Shown here piece after piece: positions 36,540 through 47,406 of a DNA stretch of 64,000 nucleotides. The notes beneath the pieces are model-generated. The model was not told the DNA's origin, did not search any database, and worked only from the letters and a program-made list of their open reading frames with translations. The DNA lies in NCBI GenBank assembly GCA_035286585.1, contig DATEDC010000067.1, positions 1,272 to 65,271 of the forward strand, read 5' to 3'. Positions within the stretch are counted from its first letter, which is position 1. Every line of letters begins with the position of its first letter. The position numbers and the translations under genes are program-made. The DNA is from Anaerolineales bacterium. Its GTDB lineage: Bacteria; Chloroflexota; Anaerolineae; Anaerolineales; UBA4823.

Positions 36540-37094
36540 GTGATTGATCCGTCAGAATTTGACACTACACAATTGCTCAATAAAGCTCGGAACGGCGATA
36601 CAGAGGCGTATGGCGAGTTATACGAAAGATATGCGCCCAGAGTATTTCGATACCTATATGCTCATCTGAATAATCGCCAAGACGCAGAAGATCTGACGGA
36701 GGAAGTGTTTATACGAGTCTGGCGGTCGATCGCCAGCTACAAGGAACAGGGTGTGCCCTACCTGGCTTACCTGTTCAGAGTCGCTCGCAATGCACTGATC
36801 GACCACTACCGCAAAAACGCCAGCACGAAGCAGGAGGTCTCCATTGCGGATATCTCTCTGCAGGATCGAACACAGGGGCCGGGGGATGCAGTGGCCGCGA
36901 TGCTGGAACATGAACAACTGCGCCAAAAGATGGGGAAATTGCGCGAGGATTACCGTACAGTACTGATTCTTCGCTTTTTAAGTGAGCTGTCACCTGAGGA
37001 GACAGCGCAAGTGATGGGGCGCTCAGCCGGAGCAGTGCGAGTTTTGCAGCACCGGGCTTTAGCCGCACTGCGAGAATTGATGGGCGAGACATAG
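36540..37094 (+). CDS. ECF-family RNA polymerase sigma-70 factor
   Basis: Region 2 (YERYAPRVFRYLYAHL, DAEDLTEEVFIRVW) and region 4 HTH (LSPEETAQVMGRSAGAVRVLQHRAL). Confidence 0.9.
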   Translation: MIDPSEFDTTQLLNKARNGDTEAYGELYERYAPRVFRYLYAHLNNRQDAEDLTEEVFIRVWRSIASYKEQGVPYLAYLFRVARNALIDHYRKNASTKQEVSIADISLQDRTQGPGDAVAAMLEHEQLRQKMGKLREDYRTVLILRFLSELSPEETAQVMGRSAGAVRVLQHRALAALRELMGET

Positions 37095-37108
37095 AGGCAG
37101 AGTATTTC

Positions 37109-38413
37109 ATGGCAGCAACCCAGGAAGAATTCGCACGAATATTGGAGGTTTGCTTGGATCGTCTGCAGAGCGGGGAGGCAACGTTGGAGACAATTCTGGT
37201 TGAGCATCCGGACCTGGCGCCTGAGCTGCGCCCCTTGCTGGAGGTGGCTGCGTGGCTCCGGGCAAAGCAGACTGCGCTCGCGCCGCGCCCTGAATTTATC
37301 TCATCCTCCTGGGGTAACCTGGTCGCCCGGATGCGCCAGGAGCAAAGCGCCATGGATGGCGCACCCTCCCATATAACCTCTCGGGGCTCGTTTGAGCGCT
37401 TGCGGCGGTGGTTATTAGCTGTCAACCAACCTTTGAACAGAAGGCTGGCGCTCCAGTTTGTTATGGTCCTCGTTTTGCTGTTGGGGTTGATTGCTGGAGG
37501 TGCAGGCACTGCGGTTGCGTCTCAGCAGGCGTTGCCCGGAGAAGTGCTTTACCCTGTGAAAATCTCGCTCGAGCAGGTGGAGTTATTCCTCTCGGCGGAT
37601 GAGTCGAACGATATCCATTTACACTTACAATTTGCCCAACTGCGCAGCGCAGAAATGCAAAAGCTGGTGGATTTAAATCGCTATCTCTACCTGCGAGATA
37701 CGCTATCCAATTACCAATATCACGTCCATCAAGCTATCCGGCTGGTGGGTGTCCTTGCCAGCAAGGACCCTGAAAAAGCCATAGCGCTTGCCCCCGAAGT
37801 GCACCGTATTGTGGTCAGCCAGCCGGCAATTTTGAAAAATCTGGCTGAGTCCGTCCCGGAGCGCGTGTTTCCTGGTCTCACCGCAGCCGTGCAGGTTGCC
37901 GCCGGCTGGGTACAGACCATGGATAGCTTGCTGCAGGACCTGGGGATCGAGATAACCCCCACCCCAAAGGCGGAAGGCGCTGTCACCTCTACCCCAACCG
38001 GCACCACCACACCAACCTCTTTGCCCAGCGATAGCCCTACGCCGGGGTTTTCGCCCACTCTCACGGGCACTTCCACCCCGACGGGCACAGCGACTCAAAC
38101 GGGCACGGCAACCCCTGCCCTGACGCTCGCCAGGACGAATACAAGCACCCCGAGGTCGAGAGGTCCTCGTGTGACTCCAGGGGTCACACCGACCCCAACC
38201 GCTACGCTGGTTACGCCGACCAGCAAGCCCAGCAGAACCCCGACGCCCTCAGTCACCAGCCCTATTCCAACCGTAACGAGCACCCCGACCCCAACACCCA
38301 CGAGGACCTGGACTCCGACAGCCACACCGCTGCCCACCAGCACAGCCACGCCACCACCTACGAACACCCCTGCGCCGACCCCCACCCCTACCCTGCCGCC
38401 TTATCCCTATTAA
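37109..38413 (+). CDS. Membrane anti-sigma-like protein with extracytoplasmic DUF5667-type domain and Thr/Pro-rich tail
   Basis: Follows the sigma gene by 14 nt. N-terminal helical domain, one TM (LALQFVMVLVLLLGLIAGGAGTAVA), ALPGEVLYPVKISLEQVELF region, about 150-aa T/P-rich C-terminus. Confidence 0.7.
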   Translation: MAATQEEFARILEVCLDRLQSGEATLETILVEHPDLAPELRPLLEVAAWLRAKQTALAPRPEFISSSWGNLVARMRQEQSAMDGAPSHITSRGSFERLRRWLLAVNQPLNRRLALQFVMVLVLLLGLIAGGAGTAVASQQALPGEVLYPVKISLEQVELFLSADESNDIHLHLQFAQLRSAEMQKLVDLNRYLYLRDTLSNYQYHVHQAIRLVGVLASKDPEKAIALAPEVHRIVVSQPAILKNLAESVPERVFPGLTAAVQVAAGWVQTMDSLLQDLGIEITPTPKAEGAVTSTPTGTTTPTSLPSDSPTPGFSPTLTGTSTPTGTATQTGTATPALTLARTNTSTPRSRGPRVTPGVTPTPTATLVTPTSKPSRTPTPSVTSPIPTVTSTPTPTPTRTWTPTATPLPTSTATPPPTNTPAPTPTPTLPPYPY

Positions 38414-38597
38414 AAACCAAATGTCCGGGCAGGCATGCCGGCGGCACCCAGAGTGACCCGCTTACTGCTGCTTCCTCTCGGACCTGGCAGGATTCGCAGG
38501 TTTCTGCCGCGCCGGACCCACCCGGACGGTGGCGAGGATACCTCAGGGTAATATACTTGTCAATCCATTACCGCCAGCGGGCGGGCAAACCGCTTGT

Positions 38598-41303
<2,706 letters not shown>

Positions 41304-41362
41304 AACCTATCCTCATCATCCTTTAGTTCGAATAACAATAAACAGAGAAACTCAGTTTTAAT

Positions 41363-41391
41363 ATTATAGCCGCCTCGCGTGCTGTGATCAA
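41363..41391 (-). promoter_or_regulatory. Sigma70-type promoter for acnA, TTGATC-17 nt-TATAAT
   Basis: Minus strand TTGATC 41391-41386 and TATAAT 41368-41363, in an AT-rich spacer upstream of a GAGGAT RBS. Confidence 0.65.
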
Positions 41392-41405
41392 TACATGACA
41401 ATCTC

Positions 41406-42350
41406 TCACGAAGGTTGGCGCCGGACGATGGCGTCGCTCATCTTCACCACCCGGCTCATGAAAGGCAGGTCGTGGACGCGGACGATGTCTGCGCCCCGGG
41501 CGATCGCGATCGCCACCGCAGCCGCAGTGCCTTCCAGGCGTTGGTCGGGGGGGAGATCCAGCGTATAACCGATAAATGACTTGCGCGAGGGTCCCGCCAG
41601 CAGCGGGTAGCCCAGCGCCCGTATCTCCCCCAGGCGGTCGAGCAGCTCCAGGTTTTGCTCCACCGTTTTTCCGAAGCCAATCCCCGGGTCCAGGATGATC
41701 CTTTCATCGGGAATGCCGGCCTGCTGAGCGATAGAGACGCTTTCTAACAGTTCTCTCTGAATATCTGCGATCAGGTCCTCGTATGGCACGCCCACGTAGC
41801 GGCCCCCCAGCCGCTCCTTGATCTCAGCCGTCGCCCACGCGCTGCGGTTGTGCATCAGGATCACGGGCGCCTGGTATTCGGTTGCCACTCGGGCGATCTG
41901 CGGGTCAACCTTGAAGCCCCAGACGTCGTTCACCAGGTGCGCGCCGGCGCGCAGGGCGGCTTCGGCTACCGCAGCCTTGTACGTGTCGATCGAGATCAGG
42001 ATATCCAGCTCGGCAGCCAGCGTGCGGATTACCGGAAGAACCCGGGCCAGCTCCTCTGCCAGGTTTACCGGCAGCGCGCCCGGGCGCGTGCTCTCGCCGC
42101 CGATATCCAGGATATCCGCCCCTGCCTCGACGAAGCGATGCGCCTGTTCGATAGCGGAGATCAGCACCGGGTCCCGACTCTCGTCTCTACCCTTGGTTAA
42201 TTCGCCTTTGGGGTATTTGGCAGGGTCCAGCAGCCCGTCACCGGAGAAGCTGTCCGGGGTCAGGTTGAGAATGCCCATGATATAGGTGCGCCTGCCCCAT
42301 TCCAGAGCCCGCTTGCCAACCGACATAGCGGGAGATTTCAAGATGTGCAT
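41406..42350 (-). CDS. folP: Dihydropteroate synthase
   Basis: GILNLTPDSFSGDG, DIGGESTRPG, SIDTYK, NDVWG, GIGFGK motifs. Confidence 0.95.
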   Translation of the reverse strand: MHILKSPAMSVGKRALEWGRRTYIMGILNLTPDSFSGDGLLDPAKYPKGELTKGRDESRDPVLISAIEQAHRFVEAGADILDIGGESTRPGALPVNLAEELARVLPVIRTLAAELDILISIDTYKAAVAEAALRAGAHLVNDVWGFKVDPQIARVATEYQAPVILMHNRSAWATAEIKERLGGRYVGVPYEDLIADIQRELLESVSIAQQAGIPDERIILDPGIGFGKTVEQNLELLDRLGEIRALGYPLLAGPSRKSFIGYTLDLPPDQRLEGTAAAVAIAIARGADIVRVHDLPFMSRVVKMSDAIVRRQPS

Positions 42351-42382
42351 ATTGTGCTGAGCGGGTGGGACTGCCAGTTGAT

Positions 42383-42808
42383 CTACACCAATTGGGTCAG
42401 CGGCCTGTTCAGCCAGGCTTCGGCCTCTTCCGGGTCGCTGAACACCGCCATCTCCACCCCGCCAGGTCTGGTCAGCGCCGCGATCTTTACCAACGCTTTA
42501 CGGATGTTATCGCTGGTTGCCACTACAGCCATGCGAATATTTCGCACCGACGGGTCGTTGTTGACCTCCACCGCGTACTGGATGGCTTTCTCCGGAAGCT
42601 CGTCAAGCTGGCGCAGGTCGTACAGGTTGCGGGTCAGCCGGTCGGAGTCCAGCAAGTGATCCAGCGCGAACGCTCGCCAGTGCTCCAGCGTGGCTTCCGA
42701 GGCGTCTGTAAAGGTGAGGTTCATGCCGCCATCGAGGCGCCGCGTGACCGTATAACCGATGTCCGGATCGGGGGTCCATCTCAGGGGTTTCAACTCGGCT
42801 TCAGACAT
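42383..42808 (-). CDS. Hypothetical protein (141 aa)
   Basis: GGAAGGAG RBS before the ATG at 42808 (the track GTG at 42844 has none). No recognisable motifs. Confidence 0.5.
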   Translation of the reverse strand: MSEAELKPLRWTPDPDIGYTVTRRLDGGMNLTFTDASEATLEHWRAFALDHLLDSDRLTRNLYDLRQLDELPEKAIQYAVEVNNDPSVRNIRMAVVATSDNIRKALVKIAALTRPGGVEMAVFSDPEEAEAWLNRPLTQLV

Positions 42809-43020
42809 GGCCTTACGCTCTCCTTCCGTAATGGATCGCCCCACGTGACGATCCGTTTCAATCTATAGTATTTCGTCTGGGGGATATTTTATCCCAATTC
42901 CAGCAAAATTCTAACCGTCCGGCTGAATCCTGGCCCCTCCTACAGCAGATCTCAGCGCAGTTGAAGGAGTCCGCGCTTTCATGTTTTTCGCCTCATTTCG
43001 CGCCTTCGGATACGCAAGGA

Positions 43021-43053
43021 CTTTAAATAAGCAGAGCAGCCCTGAGGCTGCTC
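43021..43053 (-). terminator. Hairpin terminator after the Tad-like module
   Basis: Minus strand GAGCAGCC-UCAG-GGCUGCUC (43053-43034) followed by UGCUUAUUUAAAG, 47 nt after the TadG-like stop. Confidence 0.5.
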
Positions 43054-43099
43054 CACTTATCTTGCAAGAGACGGGGGAGTTCGCCCGGGTCACCAAGTG

Positions 43100-44464
43100 C
43101 TACTTGTATAATTCCAGGCTTGCCGGTGGTCGATAATTAATGGTGTTTTGGTAATTCACCACCACCTCGGTATTGCCATGAAGGAAAACCGTATCGCCGA
43201 TCAATTGGGCGTTGATCGTCTCCAAAGAGCCTCCGCCGGCTTCGATGGTACCCGAGGGAGCGTACACCGTTCCAATATAGTTGGAGCCAGAAGCGCCCAA
43301 GAGCACCACATCGTTCGTGTTGCCTTCGGCCAGGTAGATCAGCACGCCCGGGATGGCTGGCGGGCAGGTGTTGTTCTGGCAGGGGGCGATCTCCGGCAAC
43401 GGCGGCGCGACCAGATAAACTTCCACCGAGCCGCCCACGTAAAAATCTCCTTCGGTCAGGTAAATCGTCACGCCGCCCTCATCCTCCACCCGCACGGAAC
43501 CGCCGTTGATGGTGAAATCACGCGAGAGGCAATACAGCCCCGAGCGCAGCACCAGGTTGGTATTGGCGCTGTTGACCCGTATATAACCGTATCTCCCAGG
43601 GCTAATTGTGCCGCCGCCGCTGTGATCACCACGGTCGGACAGTGTTGAGCAACCCGAATCCGGCCCAGGGATGCGGTACGAAGCGGTGGGCAGCGGAGTG
43701 GTGCCCACCACCGGCGTCGGCGGGTCTACGCTGGGAGAACCGTTGGTGGTATAGCACCCTTCGCCAACACACCCAAGAGCCCCGCCATTTATGTCCACAT
43801 TGACCGAGCCACCCACCACGGCGCAGGCGTTGGACAGGATGCCACCTCCGTTGACCTGGATCGTGCTGTTGCCATCTATGTGAACGCCGCCCGTATTGCT
43901 GTTCGGGCAATCGGTGCGCAAAGCCACCACGGCGTTGCCAAAAGCGAGCGGCGAGCGCGGCCGCACGCGGGCAACAGCCGTCACCGTGTTACGCAGTGGT
44001 CCCTTATATACAAAATGGGCAAAGGTGGTGTTTGTATCAGTGGTGATGGTCGTGGTGATATCCAGATATTTATCGATCCACAGGCCGGTATTCTGTTGCC
44101 CGCATCTGAAAGTCGCACCATTCTGATCGCTGAGATCGTCATCGATGGCATAATCATTGCTCCCGGCGCGGCTGATGGCAGCATTCAAACCCGCCTGGCC
44201 TGCATTGACGATCTGGGTGTAGATCGGGTCGCCTGAGTTGGTGCAGGCCCAGTTCTCATAATCCACGTAATGGTTTTCCAGGTATAAAGCCGCCGTGGCT
44301 GCGCCCCCCAGCGAGGAGGCATCAGACGCATTTTGAGCGTGGCGGCGGTTTGAATAAACCATGCCGCCATCGACAGCCAGGGCGGTGAAACCCAATAAAA
44401 CGACAAACCCAAGCACCAATAACACCAGTGCCTGGCCCTTCTCTTGTGATAGTTGCTTATTCAT
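43100..44464 (-). CDS. TadG-like pseudopilin/pilus-assembly protein with beta-helix-like C-terminal region
   Basis: AAAGGAG RBS before the ATG at 44464. N-terminus EKGQALVLLVLGFVVLLGFTALAVDGGMVY..R..QNASDASSLGGA matches the Tad N-terminal (TadG) signature. C-terminus is rich in G-x-V/I repeats (GTVYAPSGTIEAGGGS). Confidence 0.7.
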   Translation of the reverse strand: MNKQLSQEKGQALVLLVLGFVVLLGFTALAVDGGMVYSNRRHAQNASDASSLGGAATAALYLENHYVDYENWACTNSGDPIYTQIVNAGQAGLNAAISRAGSNDYAIDDDLSDQNGATFRCGQQNTGLWIDKYLDITTTITTDTNTTFAHFVYKGPLRNTVTAVARVRPRSPLAFGNAVVALRTDCPNSNTGGVHIDGNSTIQVNGGGILSNACAVVGGSVNVDINGGALGCVGEGCYTTNGSPSVDPPTPVVGTTPLPTASYRIPGPDSGCSTLSDRGDHSGGGTISPGRYGYIRVNSANTNLVLRSGLYCLSRDFTINGGSVRVEDEGGVTIYLTEGDFYVGGSVEVYLVAPPLPEIAPCQNNTCPPAIPGVLIYLAEGNTNDVVLLGASGSNYIGTVYAPSGTIEAGGGSLETINAQLIGDTVFLHGNTEVVVNYQNTINYRPPASLELYK

Positions 44465-44492
44465 CCCCACATCTCCTTTTGTATCAACGATT

Positions 44493-44939
44493 CTATGTAC
44501 AGGCCGGAGCCAATACCGTATCCGTAACTGTGGCAGTGATATCCACCGCCTGCCTGCCCAGGATCGCTCCCAGATATGGCATGGTGATCGGAAAATTTTG
44601 ATAAGTAACCCGAACTGTAATGGCTTCACCGGTGCACGGTGAGCCGTCATGGGTTACATTGATGACAATCCTGCCGGAGCTCACCAGATCATTGAGAATA
44701 TTCGAGTTGTTACTAATGCGAGTCTGGATGCCAGCCGCATCCGTGGGATTATACGAGCCGTACAAAGCCCCTTCCTGAGCAGAATCGCGCAGCGACATGT
44801 AGGTAAACAACGCCCTGCCCACGTCCGCCAACCCGGCCAGCAAGACCAGGAGGACCACCAGGCTGATACTGAATTCCAGCAGGCTTTGACCCTGTTCCGA
44901 GTTATTTCTATTTTTTTCAGCCAAATTATTCATATGCAC
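44493..44939 (-). CDS. TadE/TadF-like pseudopilin
   Basis: 148 aa; SEQGQSLLEFSISLVVLLVLLAGLADVG is a prepilin-like TadE motif with Glu at +5 after the Gly. Confidence 0.75.
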   Translation of the reverse strand: MHMNNLAEKNRNNSEQGQSLLEFSISLVVLLVLLAGLADVGRALFTYMSLRDSAQEGALYGSYNPTDAAGIQTRISNNSNILNDLVSSGRIVINVTHDGSPCTGEAITVRVTYQNFPITMPYLGAILGRQAVDITATVTDTVLAPACT

Positions 44940-44961
44940 ACCTGTACTTCAAGCATGTTGA

Positions 44962-47364
44962 TCAGCGCCACCCAAAAGCCACGTAAATATCCCAAACACC
45001 CTCATAGGGAGCGTTTCCCTGACCGGAGAAGCTGGTTTGGACCAGCGGGTTGGCTGAGGCGCCGGTAGCAAAGATCATGGGCGGGGTCAGCAGGCTGCCG
45101 TCTCCGCCAAGCGCCGCATAATACAAGAAGTCATTCCACTCTACATCCAGCCAGGTCAGGATTGCGTAGCCCCCTTCCGCATAGGTCACTGAGACGTAAT
45201 CCGGCTTGCGCGTTCCCGCCAGGGGCAGGTCGGATGGAGCGCGCAAGAGAGCGCTGCCGTCGGGATCCAGCACAGCATAAGCAATCCTTTCCGTTGCCGG
45301 ATTAGTCCAAGCCAAAACAAGATTGCCATTGGCGACCCGCACTCCATCGCTACGCCAGCCGCTGCTGCCAGGGATGGTCGCAGGGGATGCGGTCACGTTT
45401 CCTGAGCTGTTAACCATGGCGTAGGCGATCGAGTAAGTCTCAGAGATCTGGCTGTACACTGTGTAAGCAAACAAGGCGCCGGCGTTAGCATTCACCAGGT
45501 CCGGGTCAAGCAAAAGGGTGCTGCCAGCGACGCTCTGGGTGAGCATTTGCGGTCCGGCGGTGACCTGGGCGCCGGTTGTGGTATAGCTGGCGTAATAAAT
45601 CGTATTCACCTCGTTATCGCCTGCCTGGAGGCGGTTATCCAGCCAGCCTAAAAGGAAACGGTTGTCATCCGTAGCGATAAGGCGCGGCGAGGAGTACAAC
45701 GGGATGTCGTAATCGCCTGTGCCGCGCCACTGGCTGTTGTTGGTCAGGTTCACCGGCCCATAAATTTGATCCCCCTGGGCGTTCAAAACAGCAAACCAAA
45801 CATTCGAATTCCGGCGAATGTCGGGCAGTGTGGATAAATCAAGCTGATACTGCACCCAGAGCAAAGCGAGCTTACCATCCCCAGCAACTGAAACCGCCGG
45901 GTAGCGCGCGTTCACCAAAAGGGTCGGCGTGGCCAGATTCTGATTTTGAGTGAGCGCAGTAGTTGGCCGGAGGACAAATCCGAATTTGTTTAAGACCTGG
46001 TACTCGATATTGGAGTAATTCACGCCGGAGCTGAAACCATTTTTCTCCCAGGCGTATAGATAGCTGCCACCCAGCCTGCCATCCAGCGAGAGCGTGTTGC
46101 CGGTGAAATAGGTAGCGACATGCTTATTACGAGAGTTCAGCGCCCAGACCTGTCTCAGGTGCATGCCCGACTGGCTGTCAGCGTATGCCTGGGCAAAGGG
46201 CGCCGGAATCGCGACCTGTGCGGTGGTGTTCGCCGATTTCGTGTCGTCCAACGAAGAAGTCACGAACAGGGTGATCACGGTGTAATCGGTCACCTGAGCT
46301 GCCTCTGGCGCGACAACCCTGAAGGCGATCTCCAGCGTGGCGCCCTGGGCGAGCAAACCGCTATCGACCATGCCATCCAGGTTCGTATCCACGAGCGCAG
46401 CGCTGTTATCCGCTCGATAGAAAGAGACTGTCCAACCCGAGGCGCTCGAAACTGCGGTCAGATTGAGGGTGTCGGGACCCAACTCGCCAATATTGCTCAC
46501 CGAAGCCTGGAATTGGGTGTAGATGTTGTAGCTGAGAGCGCTTTGATAGAGCGGAGCTACTTTGGCGTTCGCCGCAGGGGTGGGACGGAAAAAGTGAAGA
46601 GCCAGGCCTGAGGTCAATCCCGGGGCGTTATACAGATAGAGCAAGCCATTCACACCATCCTGGTCCTCTATCCCCACCGTAGCATTGACCAGGTCCCCGT
46701 TGAGATCTTGGTACTGGAAAAGAATATCGCCATTCTCGAAAAGAACGACCTCGAAAGTAAGCAGGTCAGCGCTACCGAACTTCACCACCTGATGCCATTC
46801 GATTACAAAGCGCCGGGGAGAGGCGCTGTCGAACCAGTAATAAACCTGTCCAGCGCCTAGCTGCAGATCGTCCCAAAATGGGGCAACCAGATTGTTCGGA
46901 ACCGAATCCAGCGGGAGAAACTGGTTGGAGAAGGCGCTGCTGCCGGTTTCGAAGGTAAGCATGCCATTGGTGCTGATAAAAAGCTGGTTATAGGTGTTTT
47001 CGTAGAATTTAAAGTCGAAACCGATATCAATCGGGGCAGTGAAATCGTCGTCGGGATCAGAAAACAGCGCCTGAGTGCCTTTGGAGGTAAGATCTTCCCA
47101 GGCAAAGGCCACACCGTCATCCAGGGTATAGCCAAAAGGGTCAGAGCTGGAAGCCGCGGCGCTCGAAACACCACCCTGAGCCAGCTGCTTGTGCCAGTCA
47201 TCGTAGGCTTGCTCCGATCCGGCCTCAGGTTTTTTCTCCGGAGGAGGCGGCTCCTCCCCGCCCAATGCCGAAGAATATGCCTGAGCTGGAACGCCTGTGC
47301 TGCCGTCCAGGACGAGCAAGATCAGAAATATGACCAGGCAGATTCGATAAAATCCTGACCTCAC
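44962..47364 (-). CDS. Secreted 800-aa protein: signal peptide, NIDO-like region, beta-sandwich, beta-propeller-like C-terminal half
   Basis: GTG start with a GGAG RBS. Signal peptide ...LVLDGSTGVPAQA. ISTNGMLTF...VAPFWDDL...FVIEWHQV...TFEVVLFENGDILFQY block. Six to seven repeats of a hydrophobic-x-W blade-like pattern in the C-terminal 400 aa. Confidence 0.7.
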   Translation of the reverse strand: MRSGFYRICLVIFLILLVLDGSTGVPAQAYSSALGGEEPPPPEKKPEAGSEQAYDDWHKQLAQGGVSSAAASSSDPFGYTLDDGVAFAWEDLTSKGTQALFSDPDDDFTAPIDIGFDFKFYENTYNQLFISTNGMLTFETGSSAFSNQFLPLDSVPNNLVAPFWDDLQLGAGQVYYWFDSASPRRFVIEWHQVVKFGSADLLTFEVVLFENGDILFQYQDLNGDLVNATVGIEDQDGVNGLLYLYNAPGLTSGLALHFFRPTPAANAKVAPLYQSALSYNIYTQFQASVSNIGELGPDTLNLTAVSSASGWTVSFYRADNSAALVDTNLDGMVDSGLLAQGATLEIAFRVVAPEAAQVTDYTVITLFVTSSLDDTKSANTTAQVAIPAPFAQAYADSQSGMHLRQVWALNSRNKHVATYFTGNTLSLDGRLGGSYLYAWEKNGFSSGVNYSNIEYQVLNKFGFVLRPTTALTQNQNLATPTLLVNARYPAVSVAGDGKLALLWVQYQLDLSTLPDIRRNSNVWFAVLNAQGDQIYGPVNLTNNSQWRGTGDYDIPLYSSPRLIATDDNRFLLGWLDNRLQAGDNEVNTIYYASYTTTGAQVTAGPQMLTQSVAGSTLLLDPDLVNANAGALFAYTVYSQISETYSIAYAMVNSSGNVTASPATIPGSSGWRSDGVRVANGNLVLAWTNPATERIAYAVLDPDGSALLRAPSDLPLAGTRKPDYVSVTYAEGGYAILTWLDVEWNDFLYYAALGGDGSLLTPPMIFATGASANPLVQTSFSGQGNAPYEGVWDIYVAFGWR

Positions 47365-47406
47365 AACAAACTCCGATAAACTTGCGGGGAGATCGATCTC
47401 CCCGGG

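Noticed and set aside
37950-38410. Nucleotide-level repeats in ACC/CCG/ACG-rich DNA (also 50480-50760, 14930-15070, 16380-16540)
   Set aside because: These are coding Thr/Pro-rich low-complexity linkers of the anti-sigma-like and DUF3048 proteins, not independent repeat elements.
42911-43096. 61-aa minus-strand ORF downstream of the TadG-like gene
   Set aside because: It overlaps the terminator hairpin, has no RBS, and its composition is not protein-like.
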